A stretch of 64,000 nt of DNA from Raillietiella orientalis. Its lineage: Eukaryota. Below the pieces are notes generated by a model. The model had not been told where the DNA came from. It made no database searches and saw only the letters and a list, made by a program, of their open reading frames with translations. The translations under genes and the position numbers were made by a program. This document shows positions 24,261 to 37,729 of the stretch, one piece after another (the stretch's first letter is position 1; every line of letters begins with the position of its first letter). The stretch is taken from assembly GCA_036172245.1 (NCBI GenBank), contig JAYWIR010000004.1, forward strand, positions 3,596,001 to 3,660,000. The letters are read 5' to 3'.

Positions 24261-25989
24261 ACTCTCTGCCCTTGCAAGAACTCTTTTTCTTTTTTGTTGC
24301 TGTTGCTATTTCCACGCACCATTTGGGTACTCCAAGGGAGCAGGTTTGGCAGGAGGCCTCTAGAGGTTGGTGAGAGCTGGCGGCTAATGCTGAACTTCCG
24401 CCCTCCCACTCTTCCTGGTTGCGTGCCTCCGCAACCAGATCTCGCAACAGGTCTTTGCGTTGTCGCTTTGCGACCTTTCCTGGCCGGGAAGGAACTTCGC
24501 TTTTTTTTTGTTCGGCGAAAGACGGGGAGGTCCGAAATTTGCGGATTTTCCGGGGCGGGGCGCGACAGTCACGAGTGACACGGGAGCGAATCCCTCGGTG
24601 AGAGATGAAGGTCGCGTGAAGAGTTGACGGCTCTCCAGGTTCGAACTCCAGCTCGGGAGAAGCGTCCGGGATCGTCCTGCGCGCGCGCCCGCACCCCGTG
24701 TGCGCCGGCCAAGAATGTCGTCCCCTTCCTTCCCCCCCCCCCTCGTTGGGGGCGGCTGCTCCGTAGGCAGTCAGCCGCGCAGGCAATTCCTCCCCCTTTC
24801 GCGGAAGCTCACCTCCGAGCGGTCTGCTGCGACCTCCGAGATCGCAAGCAAGGAAGCGAAGCTGGCCAAACCCGCGTGCCGGAGGGTAGGAAAACTCCCG
24901 ACACCCTGGTCGTAACCCGAGCCTCCCATGAAACGAGCGAGGAACACAAAATGGGTTCGACGGAACGACTCGGCACGGCGGGCCGGACCGAGGTGGTGGA
25001 ATGCGACGCCGGATCTGGGTGTCGGCTTTCAGAACTCCCTTCCCGACAGGGAGCGAGATGGATGTCAACGACTGGCTAGCGGCCGCTGCTGTCTGAGCGC
25101 CGCCGCTGCCGGCCGGTCGAGGGACCGCTCGGCCGGGTACGCGCAGGTCCCGCGGCGGGCCCTCAGGAGAGACTGGAGGGGGGTTCGCGTGCGGCCCCCG
25201 GCTGGTTCCGTGAGAGCGCTTGCATGACAGGGAAGCGTGATGCCACTTTCCTGGACGACCGCAGGCCGGAGTGCGGATCCCACAAGTCTTCCCGGGGAGG
25301 GGGGGAAAGGGGTGCCGCTGCTGTACCTCTCCGACAGGAAGATTTTGGAGGAATGGGGTTCCGAGTTTCGCTTGTTTTTGGTTGCCGGTCTCCTGGAGTT
25401 CCGGGAGTTGTCTTTGCGCCTGGTTTTGCGGGCTCTGCGGAGCGAATCTCCTGAGCATTTGGGGTGCGGAACGCGCCTGCGCCCTTCGCTCGCTTTCACT
25501 GGACGAGAAACAAGGTGAGATAGAGAGAGAGTAAACGTACCCCAAGAAAAGAATTCGAAGGAGGATGAGGCAGCATCTGCTATTGGGAATCTGTTGGAGA
25601 TCAACCGATTCGAATCTGATTCGGTTCTGTTTTCTCAAACCGGAAGCATCGTTCCTTGAGGGAACGAGCCCAGCTCGGGTACCGCCGCATCTGTTCTGGT
25701 TGGCGGGACGTACCGCTCTTTGCTTGCATGAGTGTCGTCATCAAACCCGTGAGGAGGTGGGGGAGGGGTTGAGAGGGAAGAGGTTTTCTCGTAACCTGGA
25801 GATCAAGAATGCTACATCCAAAATCCATTCCTTTTTTTTCCTTTTCTTTCCCTGACTGAGTGTTTCCAACGTCTTGCAGAAGCTTCGAGGTTTCAAGTGA
25901 TGGTTCATTCTTCCATCTTCAGAGACTGCCTTCACGCGAGCCACAAGGTGCAGCTCACACCTCGTGTTCGACGGAAGGCACAAGCGACT

Positions 25990-27520
25990 AGTGGGGCTTA
26001 GTTCGGCTGGCAATCCATTCCATGTTTCCAGTAAATGTTCCCGGAGCAATTTCATTCCATCTTCAGGCATACTACAAATGTTGAGGAGGATTCCCTGTAA
26101 TTGACACCATTTTGGTTATCCTTTCAAAAGCTGACAGTTTTTCCTGGCCAGCGAACCGAAATGTATCCCCAGTAAATGCCCCGGATACGCTGGATATCGG
26201 CACAAATCCTTGTTTCTCCTCACGTTTTCTACCTGAGTGTCAGAGATACTGAGTCCCGGGAGAACATCGTCGTTCTTCGTATCCCAGGCTGCCAGACACC
26301 TTACCACTAGATCTCTTATCGAGACCCGCACTTCTCCATATGCCAAAACAAAAACAAAAACAAAAGACAATTTACTATACTAGGTCTCTTTTCTTCCAGT
26401 GATGTTTCCGCGTAATTACATGGGATCACTTTTCGTTCCGGAGCACCAGACCCGATAGGAGGTTTAAGCAGTCTTCCAGAGTTGGTTGTATGAACACCCC
26501 TTTGCCCAGTGTCTTCGGGATACCAGATGCTTGAGCAGACCACTTCCTACTTATCTCGTTGTCCGCTTGTTTCTTTGAGATCTTCAGCGTCTTCAATGCA
26601 CTGCTGCGGATTCCCGGTTCCAAGGATCGAACAAGATTCCTTTCCTCCGAGAGGAGGAAAAATGCTTGCTCGATCTAAGCTTAGAGGAAAAGTGGAGAGT
26701 CTAACTCTCTTGTCTTCTCTCTTCTGTGTTGCATCTTACAGTGTCTTGGCAGAGTGTTCGTATGGCCATACCGTTTCTAGGGCGACAACTATTTCTTCTT
26801 GAAGCACCAATTCCCATCTCAACCTGGGAGGGCTGCGATAGACTGGCTGAAAGCCATCAGTTTCAGAGTAGCCCTCTTAATCTTTTCCCCATCGTTCCGT
26901 TGCGTCGTTCGATGGTCATTGTTTGTTGGCTGATGCAGTTGAGACTGTGACGTAGGGATCTTTCTCATGTTCCAGGTCTTTTAAAGGTTCGTTCAGCTCT
27001 ATCCCCCTTGCTTGTTTTTGTTTGTTTACATTCAGTTATATTACGGCTTACGTAAAAGGGGTTTCCATCAGATAATTAGAGGATTTCATCCCAACTTCTC
27101 ACCCTTTCAGTTCTCTCCCACTCGTTCTGTGTTTCTGGAGTTCCTCCTTCCATTACGAGTGGTGGCCCATCCCATGCTTCCCATGCGAATCCTGGAAGTA
27201 TGGAACATTCGAGAAAAACCATTTGTTTCTTGAGTTGTTCTGCCTTCTCCTTGAAGAATTCCAGTTCCCTCAAGAACTCTTCCTCCTATTTTCCCCAGAT
27301 CCCAAAGATTCTTCTTGCCACTCTTGCTCTTACGGTAGCGGGTACTTTGGCAGCGAAGTGAAACACCAGTCCCCGGTGCTCGCTCTTCCTTTTATGTCTC
27401 TCCCTATCCAGGGTCCTCGGTGAGTGTCCGTGAGGGCAGGAGACGACTTGCGTGCTCTCCATCCACAAGAATCCGGAGACTTTCCAGCCCTTTGATTTTC
27501 CAGGGGGAGCAACACAGCTT
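25990..27520 (-). mobile_element. Decayed CR1/L2-like LINE ORF2, RT to C-terminus
   Basis: AGKSPDSCG (~KSPGPDG), IKGRASTGDWCFTSL (~KG.R..P.NYRPISL), CSSIWYP (~Y.S.VW.P), TSLEEKR (~SLE.RR), ETWNGLPAE (~WN.LP.E). Confidence 0.55.
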
Positions 27521-29989
27521 GCGATCCCCTCTATTCCTGGAAACAGCTTTACGGCAGAAAAAAACAGGCAAGGTACATCTTCCAGACGGTTCAAGGGTGG
27601 GGGGCCTTAGAATTCATTCGGGGAATGCGTGCTCACGTACTCGTAGATGCTTCCCCGCCAGGATGCTACAGGAGTAGTAGAAATCCACGCAGCGTGCACG
27701 TGCGTTTCGTAAGGACAAAAAAAAAACGTTGCCGGAGGAACCTCAAGGAGCAAGAGACTTTTTTCACTCCAGATGGAAGAAGCGGAATCTCTTTGTCGCA
27801 AGAAGGAATCTGAGCGGCGAGATATTCCGCATGGCTTCGCACCGCGAGTGTTATCTTCAACAAAAGGAAAAAAAACAAAACAAAATGGAAAGACGTGACC
27901 GGCGGATTGGGAGTAAACCGCATGACCTCAGTGTCAGCTTTATTTGGGAAAGGCAAGAATGCCAGGCCCTCATGCCTCTTTCTGCCGATGCTTTCAGAGC
28001 AGCGCAAAGCCCGCATTTCGGCGAACGCTTAAAGAACTTGGCGCTGACTGACTGGAGTCCTGAGAAGCCGAAGAGTGTTGCCTGGAGCACTGGGAAGGCG
28101 GATTCTTGCGAATCGGCTGCATGGTTGGCGTTATGCTCCGCTTTTCTTTCTTTCTCTCTCTCTCTCTCTCTTTTTAATCTTCGAGATTTTCTCGAGAGAT
28201 CTCCCGGTGTCTCCCTTCTCCCGGTCTCAGCTTTCGCAGCAGAATTCCACGCTCCAAGGGAGCTTCTTTCATGCGCGTGTTCCTCCGAAATCTTCCCGAG
28301 ACACCTCCTCTTCGTCGCGCCAACTGCCCCGTCGGTGTCTGGACGCTTTCCTCCGCGAACCGTGCGCGTCGCCCCCTCAGTGGAGCGAGCCGCGCGTGCG
28401 AACGGTGGTCGCTCGCTGGATTTTTGCTTCGGCGCGCGCGCGCTCCCGTCGAGACGGCGGGCGGTTCAGCGCCGTCCGACCGGACGGCATGCCGAAGGTC
28501 CTCCGCGCTTTCCCCACGTGCTCTCCGTGATCGACCGCACCGAGACGTGGGCGCCTGAAGAGGCGGAAATTTGCCAGTGCAGCGAAGGTGTTGCGTTTTG
28601 CACCTGGGGAGCGAAAAAAATGCGAGCGTCCGAACGTCGACCGACTGAAGTCGACGTCGCGTTTGCGCCGTGGGAAGTGGCTCGCCCCACGCGGGATGGA
28701 AAGAGTGATCTGCTGATCGCAAGCACTAGGCTTTCGCGCGTGACGTAACGAGAACATGCGTCGGTATCTCTCCTCGTGTAACGCGAACTCGAAAGGCTGG
28801 GAAGGTAAACAGCTCCTCCGAAAGACTAGGCCACGTGATAAGATAAGGTTTACGTCTTAATTGCCTCAAAGCAAGCGGCTTGTTGAAATGAGAGTTCGAT
28901 CCTGCATCCAACGCGTGAATTAGAGAGGTCCCGAATATCGGGAGGAAGAGGGGGAAGGGAAGAAAAAAAGAAGAAAACTCTGGAGACGGTTCCTGTTTTC
29001 ATCAGTAACATTTCGGAAGGACGAGTTTTGGGAACGGCGTCCGTGCTTCTTCTTCCGGCTTGTTTTCTGATCATGGAAGTCGGCTGCTCCTCTCGATCTC
29101 TCTCGGCCGTTACAGTGTTTTCTCTTCCCCAGGAATTCCCGTCTCTCGAGGTCCCCTGTGCTTCGGGTTGTTGAAACTTCCTGACACACTAGGCGCTAGA
29201 ACCGCATCACTTCGTCGGGGCTGTAGCCAGTGCTTTCTGAGGCACCACCTGTGTGTGTGAATTTCTATGCAGGGGGAACAGTCCACCCTCGGGTCCTAGC
29301 AACCTACATGGCATGCCTCTCCCGACACTCAGCTGTGACGATGCTCAACATTGCATTTCGTGATCTCGCAGTGGGATGCTTTCCTGAAGCAGGCGTCCTC
29401 CCACTCATTCCCTTCTTATTCGCTTTTCTCCTCACCCCACTTCGGGAATTCATCAAGGCTACTGAGAGCTGTCCCATGGCCCTTGAGAGGAGCCGCCCTT
29501 TCTACTTCGTGACGATTCAGTCACACTCGTCGATCCGTTTGCTCTTTCAGATGGCGCTCGTCGGAGGGCGGGATCCAAGGATTTTTCCTCCGTGGCTGCG
29601 ATCGTGACTGGCGCCGGACGCTGGGAACACACACGCTCACTTTCCCGTACCACGCAGTGTGAGGAGAATCCGTCTCGGGGCGAAAATGAGGGTGGGGTCG
29701 TAAGGGCGCACGCAGGGTGCGTGGTCCTTAAGATAGAGTGAACGAATCTGTCAGAGGAATATCCCAGTAAGGAGGGCGAAAGGGGATCGGAAATTTAGCA
29801 AAGACAAGACGCTCTGAGAAAACGAGAGTGCCAACGTCCTCCAGGGAAAAGATGCTCTACTGGAAAGAGATTGCAAGGGGCAGCAGCAGCAAGCAAAGCC
29901 TTCCAGTTGGCGCTGCCAGCCTTAGCCGCTCGAGCCCAGCCCAGTGGACTCCAGCAAGCAGCAGTTGTACAAGAAATTGCACACTCAAG

Positions 29990-31480
29990 CAATACATCAC
30001 GCATATGCGTAGATTGTGTCTTTCCATATTGTACTCGTTCGTACGCGAATGTACTCTTGAGAGCATATTCACAAGAGTGAAGAGAGTGCCACGCGTGACT
30101 ACGCACACTGCGTGCGGGTGAGAGCACGCACCGAGCACTCGACGCCCGAAAAACTGGAGAACTTGATAGCTGCATCTCTTCTCTTGGAAGACCTCTAGCA
30201 TGGATACAGCAGGCAAAGTGCTAATTAACACCCATCAAAGAAGCGAATGTGCAGATCTTTGAGAAAGCTGTTTCAGGAAGATCATACGTGGGATTCAGAC
30301 GAATGGCTTCCAGGAGCTTCTCGAAATTTCGAAGATGGAAGGTTAGGAGAGATGATGATGAAAACGCAGGAGATCATCAGCGCTTGCGGAAAACAGGTGA
30401 GTGGCGGTGAAAGACGAAAGAACACACACTGGAAATCCAGAAGAGATAACTTTGGAAGATTCAGGAGCGTCCCATCTCGGATCCGTTTCCGAAAGAAAGA
30501 AGGAAGCGAAACCTGGTGCGCCCTTGGGGTTCCTAAGAGCGTTTGTCTCTTCATCCGTTTCAGAGCGAAGAATCGAAGTTTCGAAACACTTCTCAAGTCA
30601 CTCCTCATGGATTTATGGACAGGGTCCTCTCTGCTCATCCTGATTTGGAGTGAAAGAGACCTTTGAAGGCCTCTCCATGAAGCGAGACCACCTGAAGAGA
30701 CTACACCGTAGGCAAAGCTAACTGCGGCTCCGGAAGCTTCAAGTATCATAAGAGAGGAAACTGGAGAATGAAGTTTCCAAGCGATGTTGCCGCGTCTTCC
30801 AGGAGACACACTTCCTGCGATCATCGCTAGTGATCCGCAAGCATGACTTCTGAGGCAGACCTAGGGGCAAATTCAGAGAGAAACCGTTGTCAGGGAAGTT
30901 CAGATCTATCGAGTTACCATTTCTGCTTCCTGAGAAAAGGAGAACGGGATAAGGATGATGCCCTTCCTTGAGAGACATGTAGCCAGGAAATTCGGAATCA
31001 TAGCAACTCTTCGCCAAATAAAGCAATTATCCCTTGGTTGACAGATACGGGATTCCGTTCGAGTGAATTTCAGTGGAGTGGATTGTCTTACAGGAGAAAA
31101 ACACGTGTGCGCGCTCTCACGCTGGAGTTCTTGAAGTGCTGAGCTTTGCTTGGGTTGCGAAAAGTTCTGGTAGAAGTCAAGAGTCATCCCGACCGATACT
31201 TCGTGACATGTTCGACTACATGGACGTGTGAATGCTCCCAACCAGAACTTTAACAGAAAAGGGAAGAACTGGCCACAAAAATGAACACCATCGATGAAAA
31301 GAGTTGGCCATGATGTAGGCCAACCTCCAAAAGATCACTAACTACAGAGGCATTCTGTCTCTGTCTAGTCCAATCAAATGCTTGTTCTGTTCTGAGAAAT
31401 AAGAGAACAAAGTCTTCCAAAATCAGGAAAGTTGACGATGATGACCAATTAACTGAAGTCATCAGTGCCTGTTACAAGGA
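29990..31480 (+). mobile_element. Possible decayed non-LTR retrotransposon with N-terminal zinc-finger-like motif (R2/R4/NeSL-like?)
   Basis: CVFPYCTRSYA at ~30016, followed by weak RT-like motifs (FRSIEL, YRGILSLSSP, KVDDDD) in plausible order. Weak. Confidence 0.3.
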
Positions 31481-32089
31481 AACCTGAGTTTTCTTCGACA
31501 GTTCTGTGAGTTTTCCTATTGTGAACACTCGAAAGCGTTGGAATCCTAAAGCGCCGTTTCAACCCATTGCCCCGGAAGTTTGCGAAACTCAAAGATTCGG
31601 AAGAATTTCCCTCACGGAAAATCGAAAATCTTAAGAGGTAGAATCGAGTGCGCCTATTCGGGAAAAGTGGAAAGAAAAAGAAAAAAATACTCAGTCAAGA
31701 GCTCACCCAGAAAAAACTGGAATGGCCTCTCCTTCAAGGGAAGTGGTTTAGGGGAAATAATTCACTGGAATATCAAGACGTTCACTTGTTAACGATGTTG
31801 CGATATTTTCTTTTTTGTGGGCGAAAGATCTGCATTGAAAACGCTGGAAGCTGACTTTCCACATTATCATAGGCTGGCGAGCTCTTGGCTATTTTTTAAG
31901 CAGAGGGCTTTCGTAAGGTTATTATTCTAAGGTAAGATTATTCTTCAGGAATTTCTGTTTGCTCCCCCAAAGCACTCGTACCTGAGGACCGAAGAAAGAG
32001 CGTGCTTGTTTGCTTTTTCACTCAATGAGTAACGATATTGAAAGCGAAAGTTTTCTTGTGGTGATTCCGATTTGTAATTCTGAGCACAT

Positions 32090-32760
32090 CTCAACCTTGC
32101 GAATCGAATGTCATTGATAAATGAGTGCAGATTATGCGGTCGCCAAACATCATCTGTTGGCTACGGAAGCATGTTCTCTTGATTGCTTTGATCTGAAGCC
32201 CAAATGCATGCATGACTCGTTCTTTCCATATCCGTCGTTTTCTTGTTTGCTTACCAGAAGAGTATCGGAAGCTTATTGAAGACCCTCCTGTTTCTGGTAG
32301 GATGGATTCCAAAGTCGCGGATTGGTCACCGAAGCATAAATGTTGACTTTTTACATGTATCGATCACACAGCAACGAGTTTTATCGCCAACTTTTGCTTC
32401 CAATACTGATTGATCCACGGAGAATAAACTTCGGGATAGGGTCCCGCCTCCGATACTTGATCTCAAAATCTTCCCCGGAGCTCAACCCGGTTTTCTCAAC
32501 TTCTTCTCGTTGAAGTCGAGTGAATGATTAGCAAGCTGAGCATCGGCACGTTTTGTCCTGATCATTCTGGTTTGGCCGATGCACCGGGATCTATTATTCA
32601 TTGCTAATAATTGAGTGCTGATGAAAATGACACGCAGTTGTCTAGTGGGTATCTCGCCTTGCGGTTTATGCCGCCTACTCACCCTCCGTCGAAGCATTCG
32701 TTATTGGTGCCTCGCCGAGGCTGGTGAGGTTTTGTCTCTCAGTGGGATTCCCTGAGACCT
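32090..32760 (-). mobile_element. Decayed RTE-like RT remnant
   Basis: RRRDPIPKFI (~RQGDPISPKLF), HLCFGDQSA (~HL.FADD), AFGLQIKAIK (~GL.IN..KT) in order. Confidence 0.45.
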
Positions 32761-33379
32761 TGTCAGACTTTCTGAAAACATCCCCTGTCTCATCAGCACC
32801 TGAATGAAGGGAGACCTTTCGCAGGCCATTTTCCCCAGAAATCCCCGTGAGTTTTCAGGCCCCGAATCTCCTGGTCTCCTCTCCCCCCCGCACTTGCTGA
32901 AACTTTCTCATCTCGTAGTTCTTCTGGTTCCAAGATCGGACAAACTGAGAGCCCGCCTTTCCATGGTTCACCAGAACCATTTTATTTTTGGCTCCTTTCG
33001 TGTACTGCTCCTAAAATTTGAACAGCGCGTCTCCCAAGGAGGAAAAAAAAAATCCTCCAATGCCACACATCCAAGCTTTCCACAAAATTTTCCAGTTGAT
33101 CCCCAATTCCACATCCAGCCCTACCGCCTGCTGCTATTGGAACATTCATCGCCGCGCTTGGACGTCTCCCATGACTTGGGCAGGGCCAAGAAATCTTGTC
33201 CTCAAGAGGAAGTTAAGAAACGCTTTCTGGACGGTTCGTTAAGCCGCGGGGATGCGACTGTGTGATTGGCGAGGAGGCGGGGAGCGCGCGGGATGAAACA
33301 TTCGTGGTTTGTTACATCAGACCAGAGTTACAAAATTTCTTGGCTGCTAAACTGAGGATTCTGCCATCCTGGTGTTCTC

Positions 33380-34030
33380 CTGACTCCTAGTAACATTTAC
33401 ACGATTAACAAGTATTCGCTGAAATTAGCATCTCGTTGTTTGTTTATCATCAACGTGCGCTTCTGCACTGCTAAGGGGCGCTGTAATGCAAAGTGTACAT
33501 ACATGTACGAGTGCAGCTTTCAGGATTCGAGCAGATGAATTTGAAGAATCGATAGGATTCCAGAAAGAATGAAAGAAGCGCCAAAAGTTCGCAGGCTCAT
33601 CTTTAAGTCTGATGGTTATCAATTTATACGAGGTTTCTTACTAAGAGGAATCTTCCTAGCGACTGGAACCAGAGGGTTTTTTATTTTTGTTTTTCTTGCT
33701 TTTTTCCTTCTCTCTCTGAGCATTTTTCTTTTTTTCTTCTCCTAATAATATCTTCACAAGAGTGAAGAAATAATGGCGAGACTGAAATTACCATAAAGGC
33801 ATCTTGCCCAAAGGAGTTGTCAATCCTATCCGCAGCTTCCGGCACAAGGAAAACCCGCAGCCATCGATTTGAAGATGCCCGCATAATTGTAGTGGTTCAA
33901 ACTCTTGAGTGAACTGTAAGCAGCAGCCACTTGCCAATCCGACTACGGATTGTTGTCCCTTCAACCTGATGGAAAGGTCAGCAATTTCCTTGTGCTTCCA
34001 GCAGATGGAAAATGACAACACGAAGAGAAA
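33380..34030 (-). mobile_element. Possible very decayed hAT transposase C-terminal remnant
   Basis: EIADLSIRLKGQQSVV (~LNDLNLKLQG), SFWNPI, CTLCITAPLS (~STYLCE..FS). Confidence 0.3.
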
Positions 34031-34899
34031 GAGGGCTGTCAGTTTTTCACCTTTTTTCCGCTTCTCTTTCTAAATGGAAAGAAGCGGGATTCGAACTGAA
34101 GGGGGAGGGGAACAGAGTAATACGGTTCGGCTGTATTCTATTCAGTCATGCATGCCTTTGGGGACCACCTTGAACTCCCGATCAATTTGAGGCGTGGGCA
34201 GTCTGACTGGGATTCCTGGTGCCTCGGGGGTGAGTCCGTCTTGATTCGCTTCCGGTTAGCAGTCAGCGCTACAGGCGATCAGTAGCGACCAGCAGAAGGA
34301 AAAGAACAGAGGGAAGAGGAACAGGCGCCTTTCGTGGCTCCAAGAGTCCTTACTGCTTCGGTTCCGCAGGAGGGACATGTGTGAAACTTTGAATTCTCTT
34401 CCTTCGACCACACTTCTTCCCTGTCTCTCTTCGCTAAGCATATTTCTGTGTTCCAGAACGCGTGCATCCACGTGCAAGCATGTTATTCCAACATGTAAAG
34501 CATCTTTTTATTCCAACCCTCGGTTAAGCACGGACCAAAGCAAGGATAAAGAATCACGGGAGCAACTTTTCCTTCTTTTTCATCGCTTCCCATGGCACCT
34601 ACGGCATGCATGTGTTGCTGCCTATAATGGTCCGTTGTTCTTCGTTTTATTTCTCTTTTCTGAAGATGAGTCAGACGATAGCATCTGTCACAGATAATTC
34701 GTTTCTGATTCGTTTATTAGCAGGGTAGGTGCCCATATGGAGGAAAAGACTACACGGGTGACATGCGACCTTTTTGTTTCCGTGGCAGCAAGTGCGGCGT
34801 GCTCTTTTGTTTTTGGCTCTCGAGCTGTTAGCGGAGGTTCTCTAGCGGAATACATGCCTCAACGAGATTTTTCTCCCATCATCTGAAGAGCGCGAACAC

Positions 34900-36490
34900 G
34901 ACGCAGTTGAAGATCCATGGCAGATAATGCTGAAGCATGGTTGGAACTGCCTCAAGGGGCGAGAGCACCAATCAATGGCTTCCCAGAATCGAGAAGGCCG
35001 AAGTAGTAATGTTCAGAGCTTGCGCCTATGAAGCAAGCTCTGGAGGAATCCTCGTTTTAGTGATTTAACATTCCTTGACAATTTTTTTTGAAACCACGTT
35101 CTTCTGCAGATTCCAGTTTGGGAAAGATACAATGTTTCACTTGATGTAGCACTTTATATGCCTTGGAATATGCTTCCATCACAATAAACGTTAGCCTCTT
35201 GGATGCACATCGACAACCGCCACAGAGGTCCGATGCCATTGCAGTCTTCCGAGAAGGAGAAACATCCCCACTAAATGCTTTGATGGCCTTCTCTCTCATG
35301 ATGCGCGTCTCGAAACGACTTGAATCCGCTCTTCTTCAGATCAACAGCACACTGTTAGGAAAGGAAGGTCGGAAGATCCCGCAAGGGGGTAGGATGAGAG
35401 AAATTCCACTCCCTTTCCGTCTAAGAATACCTTCATTCTGATTGCTCCGATCACCTCGTATGACTGCTGCAATCGGCACTTCCCAAGAAGAAAGTGGTGA
35501 GGGATGACACTTCCCAAGAAGAAAGTGGTGAAGGATGACATTTTCCAGGTATCCTCCCTCGCAACTTTCTTCTTATGCTCTCTCAGAGCAATACGTCGCA
35601 TCTGCACATTTTCCATCAGTGGGATCGAATCTCTTGCTCTTCAGAAAAACGCGAGCCATCCATCCATTTTACCACACGTCTTGCATGAGGTTTCAGGTTG
35701 ACCATAAGCTGACGTGGCATGGCGGTCTATGCACACAGCCCCCTAGAGAACAAAGACTTTGTTCCTCTTAGCACGTACTCAGCGTTCTGCTTTCGAAACG
35801 TTCCTCAAGACAAGAGCAACAAAAAAGCTCTTCCAGATCCAAGACTGGAATAGGTGAGGTTGGGAATGAGACCCAATCCATTTTCAGCAATCACTTAGGA
35901 GCAAACTTTGCCGTAGTTAATGGTTTCTTTGTCGCAGGGGGTGTAGAGGGAGTCGAGAATGCTTCCTTCAGAGTGCAACGCAGATCTGCATGAGGTGTCT
36001 CCATGTGGCACGACCAACTGGTCAACCGAATCGAATGAGCGTATCGAAAAAAGTGGAAGCTGGTGATCTCTCTCGGATAATGGCAGAGGGCGACTCGAGA
36101 CTCTAGAGAGCGTACCTGGTGTTCCAGGAAGAGGGTTTATGTTTCCTACCCTCATGACAACGGACGGTGAAGGAGAGGGAGCACACGAGGAATGTCTCTC
36201 CCTTTCGCCGACAGAGGAACACAAGAGCAATGATGTAGTCGAGACTACGACCCGAAGAAGTGAGAGATATTCAGAGAACATGGGATCCCTTGCACACTCG
36301 GAGGACACTGAAGAAGAGGATGTACTCCAGCATCAACCACACCTGAGACGCACCGTCTCGGCTACCAGCCAGGACGTTCTCGGTGCCTCCGGTAACGATA
36401 ATGGGGATTTTCCGCAGCGGGTCGCTGGATCTCCTCACTCTGTCGCGGAGATCACTGCATTAGCAGAGTTGCAGCAGCACTCACAGTTAT
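34900..36490 (-). mobile_element. Decayed CR1-like LINE ORF2 5' half (endonuclease plus start of RT)
   Basis: IPIIVTGGTENVL (~PDII.ITETWL), VVMRVGNIN (~IMGDFN), DQLVVP..GSILDSLYT (~QHV..PTR..SILDLV.T), REHKKKVA, YKVLHQVKHCIFPKLESAEERGFKKNC (~V.K.L..LK..KSPGPD.I.PR.LKEC). Confidence 0.55.
35477..35540. repeat. 31-bp tandem duplication (2 copies, 1 mismatch)
   Basis: cacttcccaagaagaaagtggtga(g/a)ggatga x2, read directly. Confidence 0.95.
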
Positions 36491-37729
36491 CCAGGAGGAA
36501 GTGCAGGTTTGGTGCCTTGCAAGAGGAGAGAACGCACAGCCCTCTGCGGGCGGGTGTAGGCGGGAGAAGGGAAGAGGACCCCCCGTTCCAGCTCTCGAGC
36601 CGTGGAAGCGTCATCGGGCCACATCGACCGTTGGCTTCGGGCTCACCGCCGGGAGGGCAAAAGGGGAGCGGATGTCCCTTGCTGCCCAAGAGGATGGAAG
36701 CTGTAGGAAACCCGGGGGCTGCGCGGTTGGACCGGCTGCCCGCAAAGGTAGGTTCCTGGAGGAAAGAACCTTCCTTTGCAGGGAAACACGAGAGCGGGAC
36801 GCCACCACTGGTGGCCGGAGCCTCAAAAGAATAGGAAAGGGAGGATGGGAAAGACATCTTTGCTCTTTCCTGAGGGACACTGGAGATTGGAAAGAGGCTG
36901 ATCCTCCTCCTCCCTTCTCTGAGAGGATTCTCCCAGCCAGTGGAGGAGTACCGGACCGATTGCCGGTGCTAGCAGGGCGCCATGGGAAGGGAGGAGTTTT
37001 GGGAGCTCCCGCCTCTCCAGGAGAGAGACAAGGTCAAGGCTTCCCCACTTCACGCAAGCTCCCCCTCCCTTTTCTCTGAGACCCCTCGAGGAAACCCCCT
37101 TAGGGCGCCTTTTCGCACATCTCCCGTGCGCTAACGAATTCCTTTCCCTTTTGCCCACTCGTAGGCTGACAGGGCAAAGGAGCTCTCCTGCCCTCCTCCT
37201 TCTCCCTTACCCTGCTCCCTACGGCTGCAGCCGCAACCGCATCCCCGCAGGTCTCCGGGCAGCATCCCTGGTGGGCGAAAGGGCGAGAGTAAATGAAGGA
37301 GAGGAAGAAGAACCGTCTCCTCGCGTAGGGGGGATGGCTGCCTCCATCCCTTCTCTCCTCCCTCCTCCAGAGAGCGTCTCCTCTCCTCTATCCAGGACCT
37401 TCAGGAAAGGACCTGTCGTTTCTTGGCTGGGAAAGAAGTGTCGAGGGATCGGGGACACATTGAGCCCCTCCTAAGGATGAAAGAGAGGGAAAGAGGGAGT
37501 GGAAGGAGAAGGAACATTTTCGCCCCTGTCTTGCCCCTTTCCTTTCCTTTTCTCGATAGCGGAGTGGGACATGGAAGGAGCGTCTGAGCGCGCGCGCCTG
37601 GCCTCTCTCGCCTCGTTCCCGCCCACAACCCCCTCCCTCCCTCCCTCCCTCCTTCCCGCCCGCGCACGCGCACGCGCGCTCGGCCTCTCCCGGAGGGCGC
37701 GCGCGCAGTCGAACGCACCGCCGCCGCCG

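Noticed and set aside
24590..24660. tRNA gene around the B-box-like GGTTCGAACTCC
   Set aside because: No convincing A box or cloverleaf; at most a degraded SINE head.
21946..25855. Long overlapping ORFs (e.g. 494 aa at 24154-25638, 249 aa at 21996-22745)
   Set aside because: Open in several frames on both strands because of high GC; Arg/Pro/Gly/Ser-rich with no recognisable domain.
30692..30720. Hammerhead-like CTGAAGA-stem-AAA (also CTGATGA at ~9812)
   Set aside because: The required GAAA core after a proper stem II and the flanking stems are not all present.
25990..36490. One CR1 element split by nested insertions (34.9-36.5 kb plus 26.0-27.5 kb)
   Set aside because: Both pieces appear to contain the KSPGPD-like region, so they overlap in content and are more likely separate copies.
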